Source: an uncultured delta proteobacterium (GTDB lineage: Bacteria; Desulfobacterota; Desulfobacteria; Desulfobacterales; UBA2156). Taken from it: a DNA stretch of 64,000 nt. A program made the translations under genes and the position numbers. The notes beneath the pieces were generated by a model, which did no database searches, was not told where the DNA came from, and saw only the letters and a list, made by a program, of their open reading frames with translations. Shown in pieces: positions 1-14,389 of this stretch (positions within the stretch are counted from its first letter, which is position 1; every line of letters begins with the position of its first letter). Where the stretch lies: positions 672,001 through 736,000 of the forward strand of contig CAVTQK010000015.1 of the NCBI GenBank assembly GCA_963736855.1. Reading direction: 5' to 3'.

Positions 1-183
1 TTCCGCAATTTTAAGGATACCCATCTGGGCCAGCCTCTTGCAGATCAGGTTGGTGTGTTCCACCGAGAAGGAGAGGAAGTCGCCTATGGCCTCGATGCTC
101 GGGGGGGTGCCCTGGCGATGCTCCAAAACCCGGATTGCAGCCACTGCCAGGTGGGCTTCGGTGTATAAGTCTCTTGTTTTCAC
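1..183 (-). CDS. Hypothetical protein, possible winged-helix; runs off the window edge
   Basis: Manual translation from GTG at 183: MKTRDLYTEAHLAVAAIRVLEHRQGTPPSIEAIGDFLSFSVEHTNLICKRLAQMGILKIAE, open to the edge. Confidence 0.55.
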   Translation of the reverse strand, partial: MKTRDLYTEAHLAVAAIRVLEHRQGTPPSIEAIGDFLSFSVEHTNLICKRLAQMGILKIAE

Positions 184-319
184 CTATTAATCAAAATCCC
201 GATGGCTAATCAGTATCTCACTAAGCTAGCCCGAAGCCTCAGCACAGAGTCTTCGTTGGTTGACAACATTTTTAAAGGAGAGTAGCATTTTGCCGGTTTT
301 TGTCAAGCGGCTTGGTTAG

Positions 320-2505
<2,186 letters not shown>

Positions 2506-2562
2506 ACTCTAACCCGCGGGGATTTCGACGTCCCTATTTTCCCGCACATGGAAAGTATTTAA

Positions 2563-4218
<1,656 letters not shown>

Positions 4219-4354
4219 CGGTTTCCCCTGTTCCTCTGTCCGGCTCGTTTCGAACCGACAACCCCAGGGTTCGGATAGAGTGGAGTTTTTAACGCAGGTT
4301 CCTGCCCCCAAACGACGGGCTTCTAAAACCCGATCGCTTTTTTAGCCCGGCAGG

Positions 4355-5074
4355 TTAACCGCGATCTAACTCTTCCGAGAGGAGGATCGCTTCAGCCACC
4401 TGACGGATCGGTTTTCGGGAGTCCATGCTTCGTTTTTGGAGCCAGCGGTGAGCCTCTTCACCCGTCTTGTTTCTCCGCTTCATCAGGACTTCCTTGGCCC
4501 GCTCCACCATCTTTCGGGTCTCGAGTTCTTCCTGGATGACCCGGGTTTTGACCAACAGTTCCGTGTTCATGATGGCCACGGCGGCCTGATTGGCGACGGT
4601 GGTAATCAGATAGATTTCGGTCTCCGAGAAACGGTGAGGGGCGGCCGTGAAGCAGTTTAAAACTCCGACAACCTTCCCATCCTTGACCTGCAGGGGAACG
4701 CTGAGCATGGAAACGAGTCCCAGCTTTTTGGCCATCTCTTTTTCTTTGAACAACGGCTCATCCAGAACGTTTTCCACGATCAGGGGTCGGTTGTGGGTGG
4801 CCACATACCCTACTACTCCTTCGTCCATACCCAGGGACCGGTCTTTGATGTAATCCGGGTCGATGGCCTGAGTCGTTTTAAGCCGAATTTTTTTAGGCGC
4901 AACACTTTCGTCGATGAGCCATAATGAACAGATTTCGACACCGGTGACCTTGGCCGTCACCATCACGATGAGCTTGAGGATGTCCTCCAGGTAAAGTTCT
5001 GAAGTGATGGCCCGGCTGATATCCATCAGGCCTTTCAGATAGTTATCATAGGGTTCCGGTATAGTCTTGTCCAT
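4355..5074 (-). CDS. GAF + ANTAR domain RNA-binding regulator
   Basis: GAF (EGVVGYVA, SMLSVPL, VGVLN) followed by ANTAR (LETRKMVERAKEVLM...EEAHRWLQKRSMDSRKPIRQVAEAI). Confidence 0.92.
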   Translation of the reverse strand: MDKTIPEPYDNYLKGLMDISRAITSELYLEDILKLIVMVTAKVTGVEICSLWLIDESVAPKKIRLKTTQAIDPDYIKDRSLGMDEGVVGYVATHNRPLIVENVLDEPLFKEKEMAKKLGLVSMLSVPLQVKDGKVVGVLNCFTAAPHRFSETEIYLITTVANQAAVAIMNTELLVKTRVIQEELETRKMVERAKEVLMKRRNKTGEEAHRWLQKRSMDSRKPIRQVAEAILLSEELDRG

Positions 5075-5248
5075 GATCACATCTATGCCCCTGTAGCAAA
5101 TCCTGCTGTTGCAAAAGCCGAGGATGCCCCAGATCCAAGGTGTCCAACTTTTTTTCTATTCCTTGTCATGTTTTTATGCAACTGCAGGGTAAAATAATAC
5201 GGATAGTATCATTAGTTTCAAAGGCGGTCAAGTTCTCCATGTAGCGCT

Positions 5249-6256
5249 TCAACCGTTTGAGCCGATCTTAAAAAGGGCTTTGAGGACCTGTTGAGGAGTC
5301 ACACGATCTAAGCACAATGGCCTTGGACAGGATTCGGACCGAGACTCGAAGCAGGGAGAGCAATCCGAAATACCTTGCACCACAGCCACCGAGGGGCCAA
5401 GGGGTCTCCATCGGGCTGGGTCGGTGGGTCCGAAAATAGCCAGGGTGGCAAGCCCCAAAAACGCAGCCAGATGGCTGACCCCTGAATCATTGCCGATGAA
5501 AGCCCAAGCCGTTTTCAGTAACTTGGCCAACTCTGTGACTTCCCCAGTCTGAAAGATGCGAAAAGCCGGGGCAGCGTCTTTCAAGATCGGTTCTAAGGAG
5601 AATTCAGCCGGGCCGAAAAGAAACGCGGGATCCCATCCTTTTGCCCGAAGCTGGACGGCTGTTTCAATAAAACGGCTCAGGGGCCACCTTTTTTTCAGGC
5701 TTCCGGCTCCGGGGTGGATCCAGATCTTTTTTGTTTCGGTTTTGAGATCAAGGATTCTGGCGGGATCTTTTCTCGGCATATATTCGAAGGATTTGATGAG
5801 ACCGGTTTTTTCGCAAGAGAGAAGGAGATGGCTTGAGACGTGAGTGCGGGATGTCGGCTCGGGTTGCGGGGGAATGCGATGGATCGGTTTTTTGAAAAAC
5901 CGGGAGATGTCCGAAACCCATGTATCGGACCGGATTATGGCAAGCATTACGTCGCAGACGTTCAGCGCATCCTTTGCCTTTTCATTGGGTGCATCCTTGT
6001 AAAGGGATGCAAAATGCGCGGATTCTAAAGCATGAGCCTTTTGCACCAGGCCAAGTGACTGTGCCAGAATCCCCAGGTGTCCCTGACACAACAGGTGAAT
6101 TTCAAGGCCGGCACCTTTCAGGGCTTTGAACAAAGGAAAGGTTACGACGAGGTCGCCGAGTGCCCCATGATGGATCACAAAAACTTTTTGGTGCCTTGAG
6201 GAAATCCCAACTTCTTTTTCAGGTGCTGCCGGGCCCGAAAACCGATAGGCATGCAT
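5249..6256 (-). CDS. Glycosyltransferase family 9 (LPS heptosyltransferase-like)
   Basis: HHGALGD, IHPGAGSLKKRWP, FIGNDSGVSHLAA, FGPTDPARWRP; start set to the ATG after the HD gene stop. Confidence 0.92.
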   Translation of the reverse strand: MHAYRFSGPAAPEKEVGISSRHQKVFVIHHGALGDLVVTFPLFKALKGAGLEIHLLCQGHLGILAQSLGLVQKAHALESAHFASLYKDAPNEKAKDALNVCDVMLAIIRSDTWVSDISRFFKKPIHRIPPQPEPTSRTHVSSHLLLSCEKTGLIKSFEYMPRKDPARILDLKTETKKIWIHPGAGSLKKRWPLSRFIETAVQLRAKGWDPAFLFGPAEFSLEPILKDAAPAFRIFQTGEVTELAKLLKTAWAFIGNDSGVSHLAAFLGLATLAIFGPTDPARWRPLGPSVAVVQGISDCSPCFESRSESCPRPLCLDRVTPQQVLKALFKIGSNG

Positions 6257-6260
6257 AATG

Positions 6261-6824
6261 TCAGAGATCCGATACCCCCAGAAGCTTATGGAGCCACCAA
6301 CGGTCATGTTCGGTTTCCAGGAGCGTTTCGGCGATTTGTTTTCCCAAAGCGCTTTGAACACGGTCTTTGACAAGGGGGATCCATTTTTTTGCATTTTGAT
6401 GCCCCATGTCCGCCAGGGCCTTGAGGTCGATCAGAAAGGCGAGCTGATCCGCATCTCGGGCAAGTACCGCTTCCTCTGTTCGGCCCTCGGCGAATTCCTG
6501 GAGCAGTGCAACAAGCGTTTTACCGAAGGGAAGCCCCTTAACGGTATCAGATAATGCAGTTTCGTCATCGGCTGTCACGTACTTTTTCTGCATATGGTTG
6601 AGATCACCGGTTCTTGTCTCTAAAAGATCATGTATAAGACACATATTGACAAGACGGGAAGCATCGATGCCCGGTCGCATTTGAGATAGGACAAATGCGA
6701 TGAGTGTGGTGATGAAGACATGCTCGGCAACGGATTCTTTTCCAGAACCGAGGAACTGATATCCTGACCGTGGAATTTTTTTCAGCATTGTCGCTTCAAA
6801 CAGGAAATCGCTGATAGCATCCAT
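6261..6824 (-). CDS. HD-domain phosphohydrolase (YfbR/HDDC2-like nucleotidase)
   Basis: LKKIPRSG, ESVAEH, CLIHDLLE.RTGD, ARDADQL. Confidence 0.88.
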   Translation of the reverse strand: MDAISDFLFEATMLKKIPRSGYQFLGSGKESVAEHVFITTLIAFVLSQMRPGIDASRLVNMCLIHDLLETRTGDLNHMQKKYVTADDETALSDTVKGLPFGKTLVALLQEFAEGRTEEAVLARDADQLAFLIDLKALADMGHQNAKKWIPLVKDRVQSALGKQIAETLLETEHDRWWLHKLLGVSDL

Positions 6825-6863
6825 ACTGAAATCCTCGTATTTACTGTGATCTTCACTCATTTT

Positions 6864-6936
6864 TGATGAAATCGTAAAAATTCAAAATTAGGATGGCAAA
6901 GTAAAAAGCTTCAATGGACTTTTTACGAAGCCATCA
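6864..6936. repeat. Internally deleted miniature inverted-repeat element with 4-bp flanking duplication TTTT
   Basis: TGATGAAATCGTAAAAA...CTTTTTACGAAGCCATCA; ends match the copies at 16028 and 26629 in reverse orientation. Confidence 0.85.
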
Positions 6937-7029
6937 TTTTCAACAATATGATATATAAATTCTGATTGGAAGCAAGTATAAATCCTTGACAGGTCTATGG
7001 AGTTCATATAGTTAGAAACTTCCAATATC

Positions 7030-7045
7030 ATACAACATATAGTGT
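7030..7045. promoter_or_regulatory. NrdR-box-like palindrome in the HD gene / tolQ divergent region
   Basis: ATACAACATATAGTGT fits acaCwAtATaTwGtgt at 14 of 16 positions; TTGACA at 6986. Confidence 0.4.
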
Positions 7046-7136
7046 ATTCAGGATTTGCAGGCACTCGTTTTCGCAGGTGAACGAACGGTTATAATTTCAG
7101 GGAACGCCCTGTTTGAGACGGATTCAAGGAGATCGC

Positions 7137-7859
7137 ATGCTGACTCATGATATCGATATCTTTCACATGGTGCTTAATGCCAGCTTCATGGTTCAGTTGG
7201 TATTGCTGTTGCTTTTAACATTTTCCGTGATTTCCTGGACCATCATCATCCTCAAGTTTCGATACATCCGGAGGGCTTTCAAGGAGTCAGCCGTTTTTAT
7301 CGACTATTTCTGGAAGAGCCGGGATTTTTCCGAAGCTTTATCCAAGGCCAAAACGCTGGAGGGAAGTCCCGTGGCCCGGTTATTCCGTAGCGGGTATACG
7401 GAGCTGAAAAAGACCGTTCAGTCAGGAACCTCCCAGGGATCCAGCCAAGATAGTTCGCCCTTGGGAGCCCGGATCATAGGCATCGATAATGTGAAGCGCG
7501 CACTTAGGCGGGGAATTACCACCGAAACCACGCGGATGACTCAGATGGTCCCCTTTTTAGCCACCACCGGGAACACGACCCCCTTCATCGGACTCTTCGG
7601 CACAGTTTGGGGCATCATGGGATCTTTCCATGGGATCGGATTGAGGGGTTCGGCTAGCCTTGCCGTGGTGGCGCCGGGGATTTCCGAAGCCCTTGTGGCG
7701 ACGGCCGCGGGACTGGCTGTGGCCATCCCTGCGGTTATCGCATTCAATTATTTCATTTACCAGATCCGTATCCTTGAGTCCGAGTTGGACAGCTTTTCGG
7801 CGGATTTTCTAAATATCGTGGAGCGCGACCTCATGCGCACGAAGGAGAGGGGTCAATGA
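7137..7859 (+). CDS. tolQ: Tol-Pal inner membrane protein TolQ
   Basis: FLATTGNTTPFIGLFGTVWGIM, VVAPGISEALVATAAGL; operon context. Confidence 0.97.
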   Translation: MLTHDIDIFHMVLNASFMVQLVLLLLLTFSVISWTIIILKFRYIRRAFKESAVFIDYFWKSRDFSEALSKAKTLEGSPVARLFRSGYTELKKTVQSGTSQGSSQDSSPLGARIIGIDNVKRALRRGITTETTRMTQMVPFLATTGNTTPFIGLFGTVWGIMGSFHGIGLRGSASLAVVAPGISEALVATAAGLAVAIPAVIAFNYFIYQIRILESELDSFSADFLNIVERDLMRTKERGQ

Positions 7860-8299
7860 CGGCAGGTGGCAAGGAAAATGGGCTTTTGTCCGAAATCAAC
7901 GTTACCCCTTTTGTGGACGTCATGCTGGTTTTATTGATCATCTTCATGGTTACGGCTCCCATGATGATTCACGGGGCCAACGTTTCCCTTCCTGAGGCGA
8001 CTCTGGATCCCATATCCTCCGAAAAGGATCACTTGCTGATCACCCTCGATACCCAACAGCGGATATTCATCAACGATTTTGAAGTAAAACTAGATTTTCT
8101 GGGAGAAAAGCTGTCCAAGATTCTCGAAAACCGTACGGACCGGGAGGTCTATCTCAGAGCGGACAAGGCGATTCCTTATGGGATGGTGATTCAAGTCATG
8201 TCGGAGATCAAAGGAGCCGGGGTTGAAAAGTTGGGGATGGTGACGGAACCGGTCAAGAAGGACGAAAAGCGTCAACCGACCAAGGTTAAGAGAAAATGA
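7856..8299 (+). CDS. tolR: TolR
   Basis: SEINVTPFVDVMLVLLIIFMVTAPM, LRADKAIPYG. Confidence 0.97.
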   Translation: MTAGGKENGLLSEINVTPFVDVMLVLLIIFMVTAPMMIHGANVSLPEATLDPISSEKDHLLITLDTQQRIFINDFEVKLDFLGEKLSKILENRTDREVYLRADKAIPYGMVIQVMSEIKGAGVEKLGMVTEPVKKDEKRQPTKVKRK

Positions 8300-9156
8300 A
8301 GCATGAGGAAAGCCAAAAATCGATTTCCTTTTTAAGGGGAAATCGGTCGGAGCACCGCCAATTTCTGCGGATATCCGCTATTTCAGCGGCGTGCCATGTG
8401 GCGCTCTTCATCGGGCTGATTTTTTTTCCGGACATCACTCCGGCCAGGCGATGGTCCTCCTCTGTGGTCAATGTAAGTTTGGTGGCTTTGCCCGGACCGG
8501 GGAAAGGCGCGATGCCGAGACCCCGCACGGAAGCGTCACAGACTCCGGAGACAAAAAAGACCCCAAAGCCGACCCCAGAGCAACAAGCGGTTCCGGAAGT
8601 CGGACCCAAACCGGATATGGTTTCTATTGCAGAAACGTGCGAAATCAAACCTAAAACATCCTTAAAGAAAAAGACCTTTAAAACTGAAAAAGCCATACAA
8701 AGCGCTATAAAAAATATCGAAGCAAAGGCCGAAAAAAACGCGCCCGAAAATACGCCCGACCCCTTGGCCAAAGCCTTGGCGAACCTGGAGCAGAAAGTCG
8801 AAGAGGGACCGCCGGGAGTCGGGACGGGTGTAGGTGAAGGGGGCGGGGGAAAGGCGACCTTGGATCAGATGGATATCTACAAGGTCGAAATTGCTTATGT
8901 CATCCAGAAGAATTGGGCATTTTCGGAACCAATGGTCGGCGGACGAAAGGATTTGGAAGCAAGACTTGTTATTAAAATTTTACCTGAGGGTCGGATTGCA
9001 GACATGTTTTTCGAAACCAAATCCGGAAACGCATACTTTGACGAATCGGTATATAAAGCGGTGAAGAAGTCGGATCCGCTTCCGCCGCTGCCAAAAGGGT
9101 ATCGTCGCTCCTCTTACATGGTGGGTCTGCGTTTCACACCGTCAGGCCTGAATTAG
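8296..9156 (+). CDS. tolA: TolA / TonB C-terminal domain protein
   Basis: N-terminal TM with His, Pro/Lys-rich linker, KSGNAYFDESVYKAV..SDPLPPLP; lies between tolR and tolB. Confidence 0.85.
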   Translation: MKHEESQKSISFLRGNRSEHRQFLRISAISAACHVALFIGLIFFPDITPARRWSSSVVNVSLVALPGPGKGAMPRPRTEASQTPETKKTPKPTPEQQAVPEVGPKPDMVSIAETCEIKPKTSLKKKTFKTEKAIQSAIKNIEAKAEKNAPENTPDPLAKALANLEQKVEEGPPGVGTGVGEGGGGKATLDQMDIYKVEIAYVIQKNWAFSEPMVGGRKDLEARLVIKILPEGRIADMFFETKSGNAYFDESVYKAVKKSDPLPPLPKGYRRSSYMVGLRFTPSGLN

Positions 9157-9184
9157 CTATCGGGAATCTATCGAAAGGGACACA

Positions 9185-10519
9185 ATGAAAATAGCGGGTC
9201 TGGGACGGGGTGCTGTTTGGCTTCTGCTTTTTATTTGGGTGAATTTGACATGTTTTATGAGCGCTCTTTACGCTGTAGAATACATTGACATCAACAATCC
9301 ATTTTTAAGGAAGATCCCCATCGCCGTTCCGTTTTTCCAGACCAAAGCCGGCTCTTCAGAGGATCTCCAGATCATAAAAAGTAGCAGCGATTTTCTTGCT
9401 CAATCGTTGGATTTTACAGGATTTTTCAAGATTCTGGACCGGGGTGCATTTTTGGAAGATCCTCAGCGCATGGGGATCGAAATCCCCAACATCCTATTCA
9501 ACAACTGGACTACCATCGGAGCGGAGTTGCTGGTCACGGGCGGGTTCGAGCTTTCCGGCGAAGCCATCGCAGTGGAATTCCGCCTCTTCGACACCTTTAA
9601 GGGACGCTTGTTGGTGGGGAAACGATATCAGGGTTTGCGAGCGGATCTCAAGAACATTATCCGTAAATTCTGCGATGAAATCGTTTATAGTTTGACTGGA
9701 AAACACGGTATTTTCAGCAGCCGCATCGCCTTTGTATCCAACGGCAGCGGGAACAAGGAAATCTATGTCTGCGATTTTGACGGCAGCAATCCACGGCAGC
9801 TGACCCAAACCAAAGCCATCACGCTCTCACCGGCATGGTCTTTTGACGGAGACTGGATCGCCTACACGTCATATGTGAACGGAAAGCCCGATCTCTTCAT
9901 CCGCAATCTGAAAGACGGCCGAAGCCACAAGGTGGCCCATCAGGGTATCAACATCACGCCGGCATGGCGGCCTTTCAGATCGGAGTTATCGGCCACGCTC
10001 TCTTTCACGGGAGACCAGGAAATTTATTTGTTGACGGAGACCGGAAAAACAATTAAAAGGTTGACCCACAACGAAGGGATCGATGTGTCGCCTTCATGGT
10101 CGCCGGACGGAAAGAAAATCGCATTTGTCTCCAAACGGTCCGGGACTCCGCAGGTATATGTCATGGACGTGGATTCGAATGAAGTACAAAGGCTGACTTA
10201 CTATGGTCGCCACAACACCCAGCCGGCCTGGTCACCCGCCGGTGACCGGATTGCGTATACCGCCATGGATAAAAATGCGACAAATATTTTTGTGGTGGGT
10301 ATTGACGGGAAGGAGCCTGTCCAGCTGACTCACAATTCAGGCGACAACGAATCGCCGTCATGGTCGCCGGATGGAAATCTGATCGCCTTCAGCTCAACCC
10401 GGGAAGGCCCGGCGCGTATTTATGTCATGACAGCGTTCGGTACCGATCAACGGCGAATCCTGGCAATTTCGGGCGCACAGACGAATCCCGCATGGTCCCC
10501 CAGGAACAAAGACAATTGA
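9185..10519 (+). CDS. tolB: TolB beta-propeller protein
   Basis: KIPIAVP N-domain and repeated PxWSPDG (PD40) blades. Confidence 0.97.
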   Translation: MKIAGLGRGAVWLLLFIWVNLTCFMSALYAVEYIDINNPFLRKIPIAVPFFQTKAGSSEDLQIIKSSSDFLAQSLDFTGFFKILDRGAFLEDPQRMGIEIPNILFNNWTTIGAELLVTGGFELSGEAIAVEFRLFDTFKGRLLVGKRYQGLRADLKNIIRKFCDEIVYSLTGKHGIFSSRIAFVSNGSGNKEIYVCDFDGSNPRQLTQTKAITLSPAWSFDGDWIAYTSYVNGKPDLFIRNLKDGRSHKVAHQGINITPAWRPFRSELSATLSFTGDQEIYLLTETGKTIKRLTHNEGIDVSPSWSPDGKKIAFVSKRSGTPQVYVMDVDSNEVQRLTYYGRHNTQPAWSPAGDRIAYTAMDKNATNIFVVGIDGKEPVQLTHNSGDNESPSWSPDGNLIAFSSTREGPARIYVMTAFGTDQRRILAISGAQTNPAWSPRNKDN

Positions 10520-10562
10520 TGGGTTTTATAAGATGTTGTTAAACATAAAAAAGGAGGAGAAA

Positions 10563-11129
10563 ATGTCAAGGAGAATGTGGATTTTTGCAGCCATGTTCAT
10601 GGTACTTCCGGGGTTGTTGTTCACCGTTTCCTGTGCCAAAAAGAAAGTGGCCTCTGAAACAGGCCTGCAAGGTGAGGCCGGCAAATCGGCTGCTGACAAG
10701 GCTCGTGAGGAAGAGTTGGCTCGGCAAAAAGCCCTGGAAGAGGCGCGTTTGAAAGAAGAAGCCGCAAAACAGGGGAAGGTCGCCCAGGAACGGGCCCGCT
10801 TTGAGAATGAGGATATTTATTTCGAGTTCGATAGCGCCACACTCCTTCCGATGGCTCAGGAGGTCCTTAAGAAAAAGGCGCAGTATCTCAAAGACAACGC
10901 GAAAATGACGGTGGCCGTCGAAGGACACTGCGACGAGCGGGGGACCAACGAATACAACCTTGCCCTCGGAGACCGTCGGGCCAAATCGGCTACGCAATTC
11001 ATTATCAATCTGGGGATTCCGGCTTCGCGGATAACCGCAATCAGCTACGGGGAAGAGCGACCGATGGATTCGGGGCATACGGAAGAGGCTTGGGCTAAAA
11101 ATCGAAGGGCCCATTTCGTGATCCAATAA
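10563..11129 (+). CDS. pal: Peptidoglycan-associated lipoprotein
   Basis: Lipobox [50 protein letters not shown]. Confidence 0.98.
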   Translation: MSRRMWIFAAMFMVLPGLLFTVSCAKKKVASETGLQGEAGKSAADKAREEELARQKALEEARLKEEAAKQGKVAQERARFENEDIYFEFDSATLLPMAQEVLKKKAQYLKDNAKMTVAVEGHCDERGTNEYNLALGDRRAKSATQFIINLGIPASRITAISYGEERPMDSGHTEEAWAKNRRAHFVIQ

Positions 11130-11225
11130 TACTTTTACCCGAATCGATGATCCGGTCCGAAAAACGCATGTTTTTTCTTCGACTTGAGAAGGCAGGATCA
11201 TCAGGGATCCGTTGATAGGGGAGAT

Positions 11226-11270
11226 CGGTGCAGGGTCGGCAGCGGTTTTGCCGCTGCCGACCCTGCACCG
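11226..11270. other. Perfect 20-bp stem / 5-nt loop palindrome between pal and cpoB
   Basis: CGGTGCAGGGTCGGCAGCGG-TTTTG-CCGCTGCCGACCCTGCACCG with no U-tract. Confidence 0.85.
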
Positions 11271-11328
11271 CATCACATGATCCGTGTGCTGCCATAGAGG
11301 CTCATTACCCAAGAGTCGAAATTTGCCG

Positions 11329-12183
11329 ATGACTGTGAAAACGACTGCCTTTTTTATTATCGTTTCCCTTTTCCTCACAGGGTGTGCCGCGCGCGAAGAT
11401 ATTCTCACCCTTGACGACAGCATGACCTCCATTCATCAGCGGATGGCGATGCTGGAGCGGGAAAACGTCGATATGAAGAATCGACTGGCCTCCCTGCTTA
11501 AAACTGAAGAGGGGAAGACGGAAAGCTTCCAGGGCAAGACCGCGGAAATCAAGGCATCCCACGATCGGCTTTCCGAAGAATTGCAGTCCCTTCGCGGGAA
11601 GATGGAGGAAACGCAGTTTCTTCTCAAACCTGCCGAGGGAGAGCAAAAGGAGAGAGAAGCACGGATGATCGCCCTGGAAAAGGGGCTTCAGGAACAGCGG
11701 GATCGTATCAAGCGTCTTGAGGGTTATCTTAACCTGGAATCCCCGGAGGCCAAGATTTCCGGTACTCCGCAGCCCCCCGTAACACCGAAAGCCGAGCCTT
11801 CCAAAATGCTGTCGGAAAATGAAACTTACGCCGAGGCCAAGCAGGCCTTTGACCGCGGGGAGTTTGAAAAGGCTAGAACACGATTCCAGGAATTGCTCAA
11901 GAACTATCCGGCTTCCATAAATGCCGACAACGCTCAGTTTTGGATCGGGGAGAGTTACTACCGCGAAAAGTGGTACGAAAAAGCGATCCTGGAATACCAG
12001 AAGGTTGTTGAAAAATATCCGACCGGAAACAAGGTCCAGGCATCTCTTCTCAAACAGGGGCTTTCATTTCAGAATCTGGGCGACACGGCAAATGCCCGTC
12101 TGATCCTCAAGGAACTCGTCAGAAAATATCCTACCGCAAACGAAGCCAAGATTGCCCAGCAGAAGCTGAAGGAAATTCCCTAA
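11329..12183 (+). CDS. cpoB: Tol-Pal protein CpoB/YbgF (coiled coil + TPR), lipoprotein form
   Basis: Lipobox LTGC, coiled coil, ADNAQFWIGESYY TPR; follows pal. Confidence 0.93.
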   Translation: MTVKTTAFFIIVSLFLTGCAAREDILTLDDSMTSIHQRMAMLERENVDMKNRLASLLKTEEGKTESFQGKTAEIKASHDRLSEELQSLRGKMEETQFLLKPAEGEQKEREARMIALEKGLQEQRDRIKRLEGYLNLESPEAKISGTPQPPVTPKAEPSKMLSENETYAEAKQAFDRGEFEKARTRFQELLKNYPASINADNAQFWIGESYYREKWYEKAILEYQKVVEKYPTGNKVQASLLKQGLSFQNLGDTANARLILKELVRKYPTANEAKIAQQKLKEIP

Positions 12184-12215
12184 ACCTTGTGGCTGGAAAC
12201 AATGGCGGGTTTCGG

Positions 12216-12728
12216 ATGAACACAGTCGTGGGGGTGGATCCGGGATTGGCAAACACTGGTATCGCCACTGTCCGGGGATCCGAAAAGCGGATCGATACCT
12301 TTTCCTACGCCCATATTCAAACATCAAGCCATATTCCACTGCCGGAACGCCTGCACCGGATTTTTTCCGAAGTCTACCGGATTCTGGATCGGGAAAGGCC
12401 GGATCTGTTGGTGGTGGAAGACGTCTTTTCTCTTGACATCTACCCCAAGTCGGGAATCACCCTCGGGAAGGTGTCCGGCGCTGTGCTTCTTGCCGGATGC
12501 CAGCTTAAGGTTCCTGTGATGGAGATTCCGGTGCGCGAGGCGAAGAAGACACTCACCGGAAACGGCAAGGCCACCAAGATACAGCTCGAAAAGGCGGTCC
12601 GATATTTCTTGAACGCCACCGAACCCATTCGGCCCTATCACGCTTCCGATGCCATGGCCTTGGCGATCATCGGTCTGCTTCGTTGTCGAAAGACAAAAGG
12701 GAGTGTTCGGCTTGATCGGTTATCTTAG
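12216..12728 (+). CDS. ruvC: Holliday junction resolvase
   Basis: VGVDPGLANTG, VVEDVF, TGNGKATK, HASDAMALA. Confidence 0.96.
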   Translation: MNTVVGVDPGLANTGIATVRGSEKRIDTFSYAHIQTSSHIPLPERLHRIFSEVYRILDRERPDLLVVEDVFSLDIYPKSGITLGKVSGAVLLAGCQLKVPVMEIPVREAKKTLTGNGKATKIQLEKAVRYFLNATEPIRPYHASDAMALAIIGLLRCRKTKGSVRLDRLS

Positions 12729-13329
12729 GGGCACACTGTTAAAAAAAGAAGAGGATCGGATCCTGCTTCTGGTCGGCCAGGTGGGATATGAGGTCCTGTT
12801 GCCGGCTGTTGTCATGGATACATTGGCTGCAAAAAGGCATGGAGACGAGGTTGCCCTTTACATTTTTTTTCAGCAGACCGAAAGGCAACCCAAGCCTGTG
12901 CTGATCGGATTCAACCTTGAAGCGGAAAGGGAATTTTTTCAACATTTCATTTCCGTGGAAGACATCGGTCCCTTGAAAGCAGTGAAGGCTTTGAACATTC
13001 CCATCCGGGACATCGCCCGGGCCATTGAAACCGGAGACGTGACAAAGCTGACGCAGTTGAAAGGGATCGGCAAGCGCACAGCCCAAAAGATCGTGGCCAC
13101 TCTGAGCGGCAAAATGGAAAAATTTGTCCTCATCTGCAAAGCCGAATCCGAAACGCCCCTTGCGAATCCGGATTTTGTCAAGCAGGTTCTGGAAGTTTTA
13201 ACAGATCAGCTAGGGCACAAGCCTGCCGAGGCCAAGCGTATGGTGGCGGATGCTCTTGCAAGAAACCCAGGCGCGACAACGCCTGAATCCCTCTTTGAAG
13301 AGGTCTACCGTGGAGAGATTGCAAGGTGA
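12712..13329 (+). CDS. ruvA: Holliday junction DNA-binding subunit
   Basis: TTG start MIGYLRG, VGYEV, HhH motifs IGPLKA and [11 protein letters not shown]. Confidence 0.95.
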   Translation: MIGYLRGTLLKKEEDRILLLVGQVGYEVLLPAVVMDTLAAKRHGDEVALYIFFQQTERQPKPVLIGFNLEAEREFFQHFISVEDIGPLKAVKALNIPIRDIARAIETGDVTKLTQLKGIGKRTAQKIVATLSGKMEKFVLICKAESETPLANPDFVKQVLEVLTDQLGHKPAEAKRMVADALARNPGATTPESLFEEVYRGEIAR

Positions 13330-14369
13330 AAAAGAAAGCTGAAGAGGCTTTGGCCGAACCGCAAGGCATCGCTTCTCCATCTTGTCTTTCTCAAGATGCC
13401 CAACCGGAACTCATATCGCTTCGTCCCCAACGCCTTCTTGAATATGTTGGGCAGGAAGAGATCGTCGAGGCTTTGAAGATCGCCATCCAGGCCGCTCAAG
13501 AGCGAGGGGAGCCGGTCGACCACGTCCTGCTCCACGGGCCTCCGGGGCTGGGTAAAACAACCCTGGCCCACATCATTGCCAATGAGACATCCGGGGATTT
13601 GACCATCAGTTCGGGTCCCGCGCTCGAAAAAGGAGGCGACCTGATCGGTATCCTGACTCACCTGGAGGAAGGCGATGTGTTTTTCATCGATGAGATCCAT
13701 CGGATTCCAAAAACCGTTGAGGAGTTTCTTTATCCGGCTATGGAGGAATTCGCCGTAGATTTCGTCTTTGACAAGGGGATTCACGCCAGGAGCCACCGGT
13801 ACCGGTTGAGCCCATTCACGCTGGTGGGAGCAACCACTCGAGTCGGCCTCCTGTCCTCGCCGTTGAGGGACCGTTTCGGAATCTTCAGGAGCCTTGATTT
13901 CTACATCCCTAAGGATCTTGTCCGGATCATCGAGCGCTCGGCCAAAATCCTGCAAGTCTCCATTGACGAAAAAGGAGCTGCAGAACTGGCCACGCGATCC
14001 CGGGGGACTCCAAGAATCGCCAATCGATTGTTGAAGCGGGTCCGGGACTACGCCCAGGTACGGGCCGACGGCGTCATCACCCAGGAAACGGTTGGGGCGG
14101 CCCTGGAGCTGGAAGGGGTCGACACCATGGGGCTGACCGGTCTCGACCGAAGGTATCTGAAAACCATCATCGAATTTTATAAGGGAGGACCGGTGGGTAT
14201 CGAAGCCATAGCAGCCACACTGCAAGAAGAAGCCGATACCCTTGTGGACGTGGTGGAACCGTTTTTGCTGAAGATCGGAATGATTATTCGAACACCCTCC
14301 GGAAGAAAGGCCTCGGAAACGGCTTATAAACACCTCGGATTTCGCATTCAAAGCTCATTTTTCTCTTGA
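13326..14369 (+). CDS. ruvB: Holliday junction helicase
   Basis: [40 protein letters not shown]. Confidence 0.99.
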   Translation: MKKKAEEALAEPQGIASPSCLSQDAQPELISLRPQRLLEYVGQEEIVEALKIAIQAAQERGEPVDHVLLHGPPGLGKTTLAHIIANETSGDLTISSGPALEKGGDLIGILTHLEEGDVFFIDEIHRIPKTVEEFLYPAMEEFAVDFVFDKGIHARSHRYRLSPFTLVGATTRVGLLSSPLRDRFGIFRSLDFYIPKDLVRIIERSAKILQVSIDEKGAAELATRSRGTPRIANRLLKRVRDYAQVRADGVITQETVGAALELEGVDTMGLTGLDRRYLKTIIEFYKGGPVGIEAIAATLQEEADTLVDVVEPFLLKIGMIIRTPSGRKASETAYKHLGFRIQSSFFS

Positions 14370-14389
14370 ACGGTTTTGGGATTCCGGCC

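Noticed and set aside
5103..5187. Imperfect inverted repeat CTGCTGTTGCAAAAG...TTTTTATGCAACTGCAG upstream of the ANTAR gene as an ANTAR target
   Set aside because: Lacks the twin short hairpin pattern, and a single copy is not enough to call a repeat family
13305..14351. Long antisense ORFs (also 10566-11432, 27573-28424, 32460-33164 and similar)
   Set aside because: They shadow well-supported genes on the other strand and lack recognisable motifs
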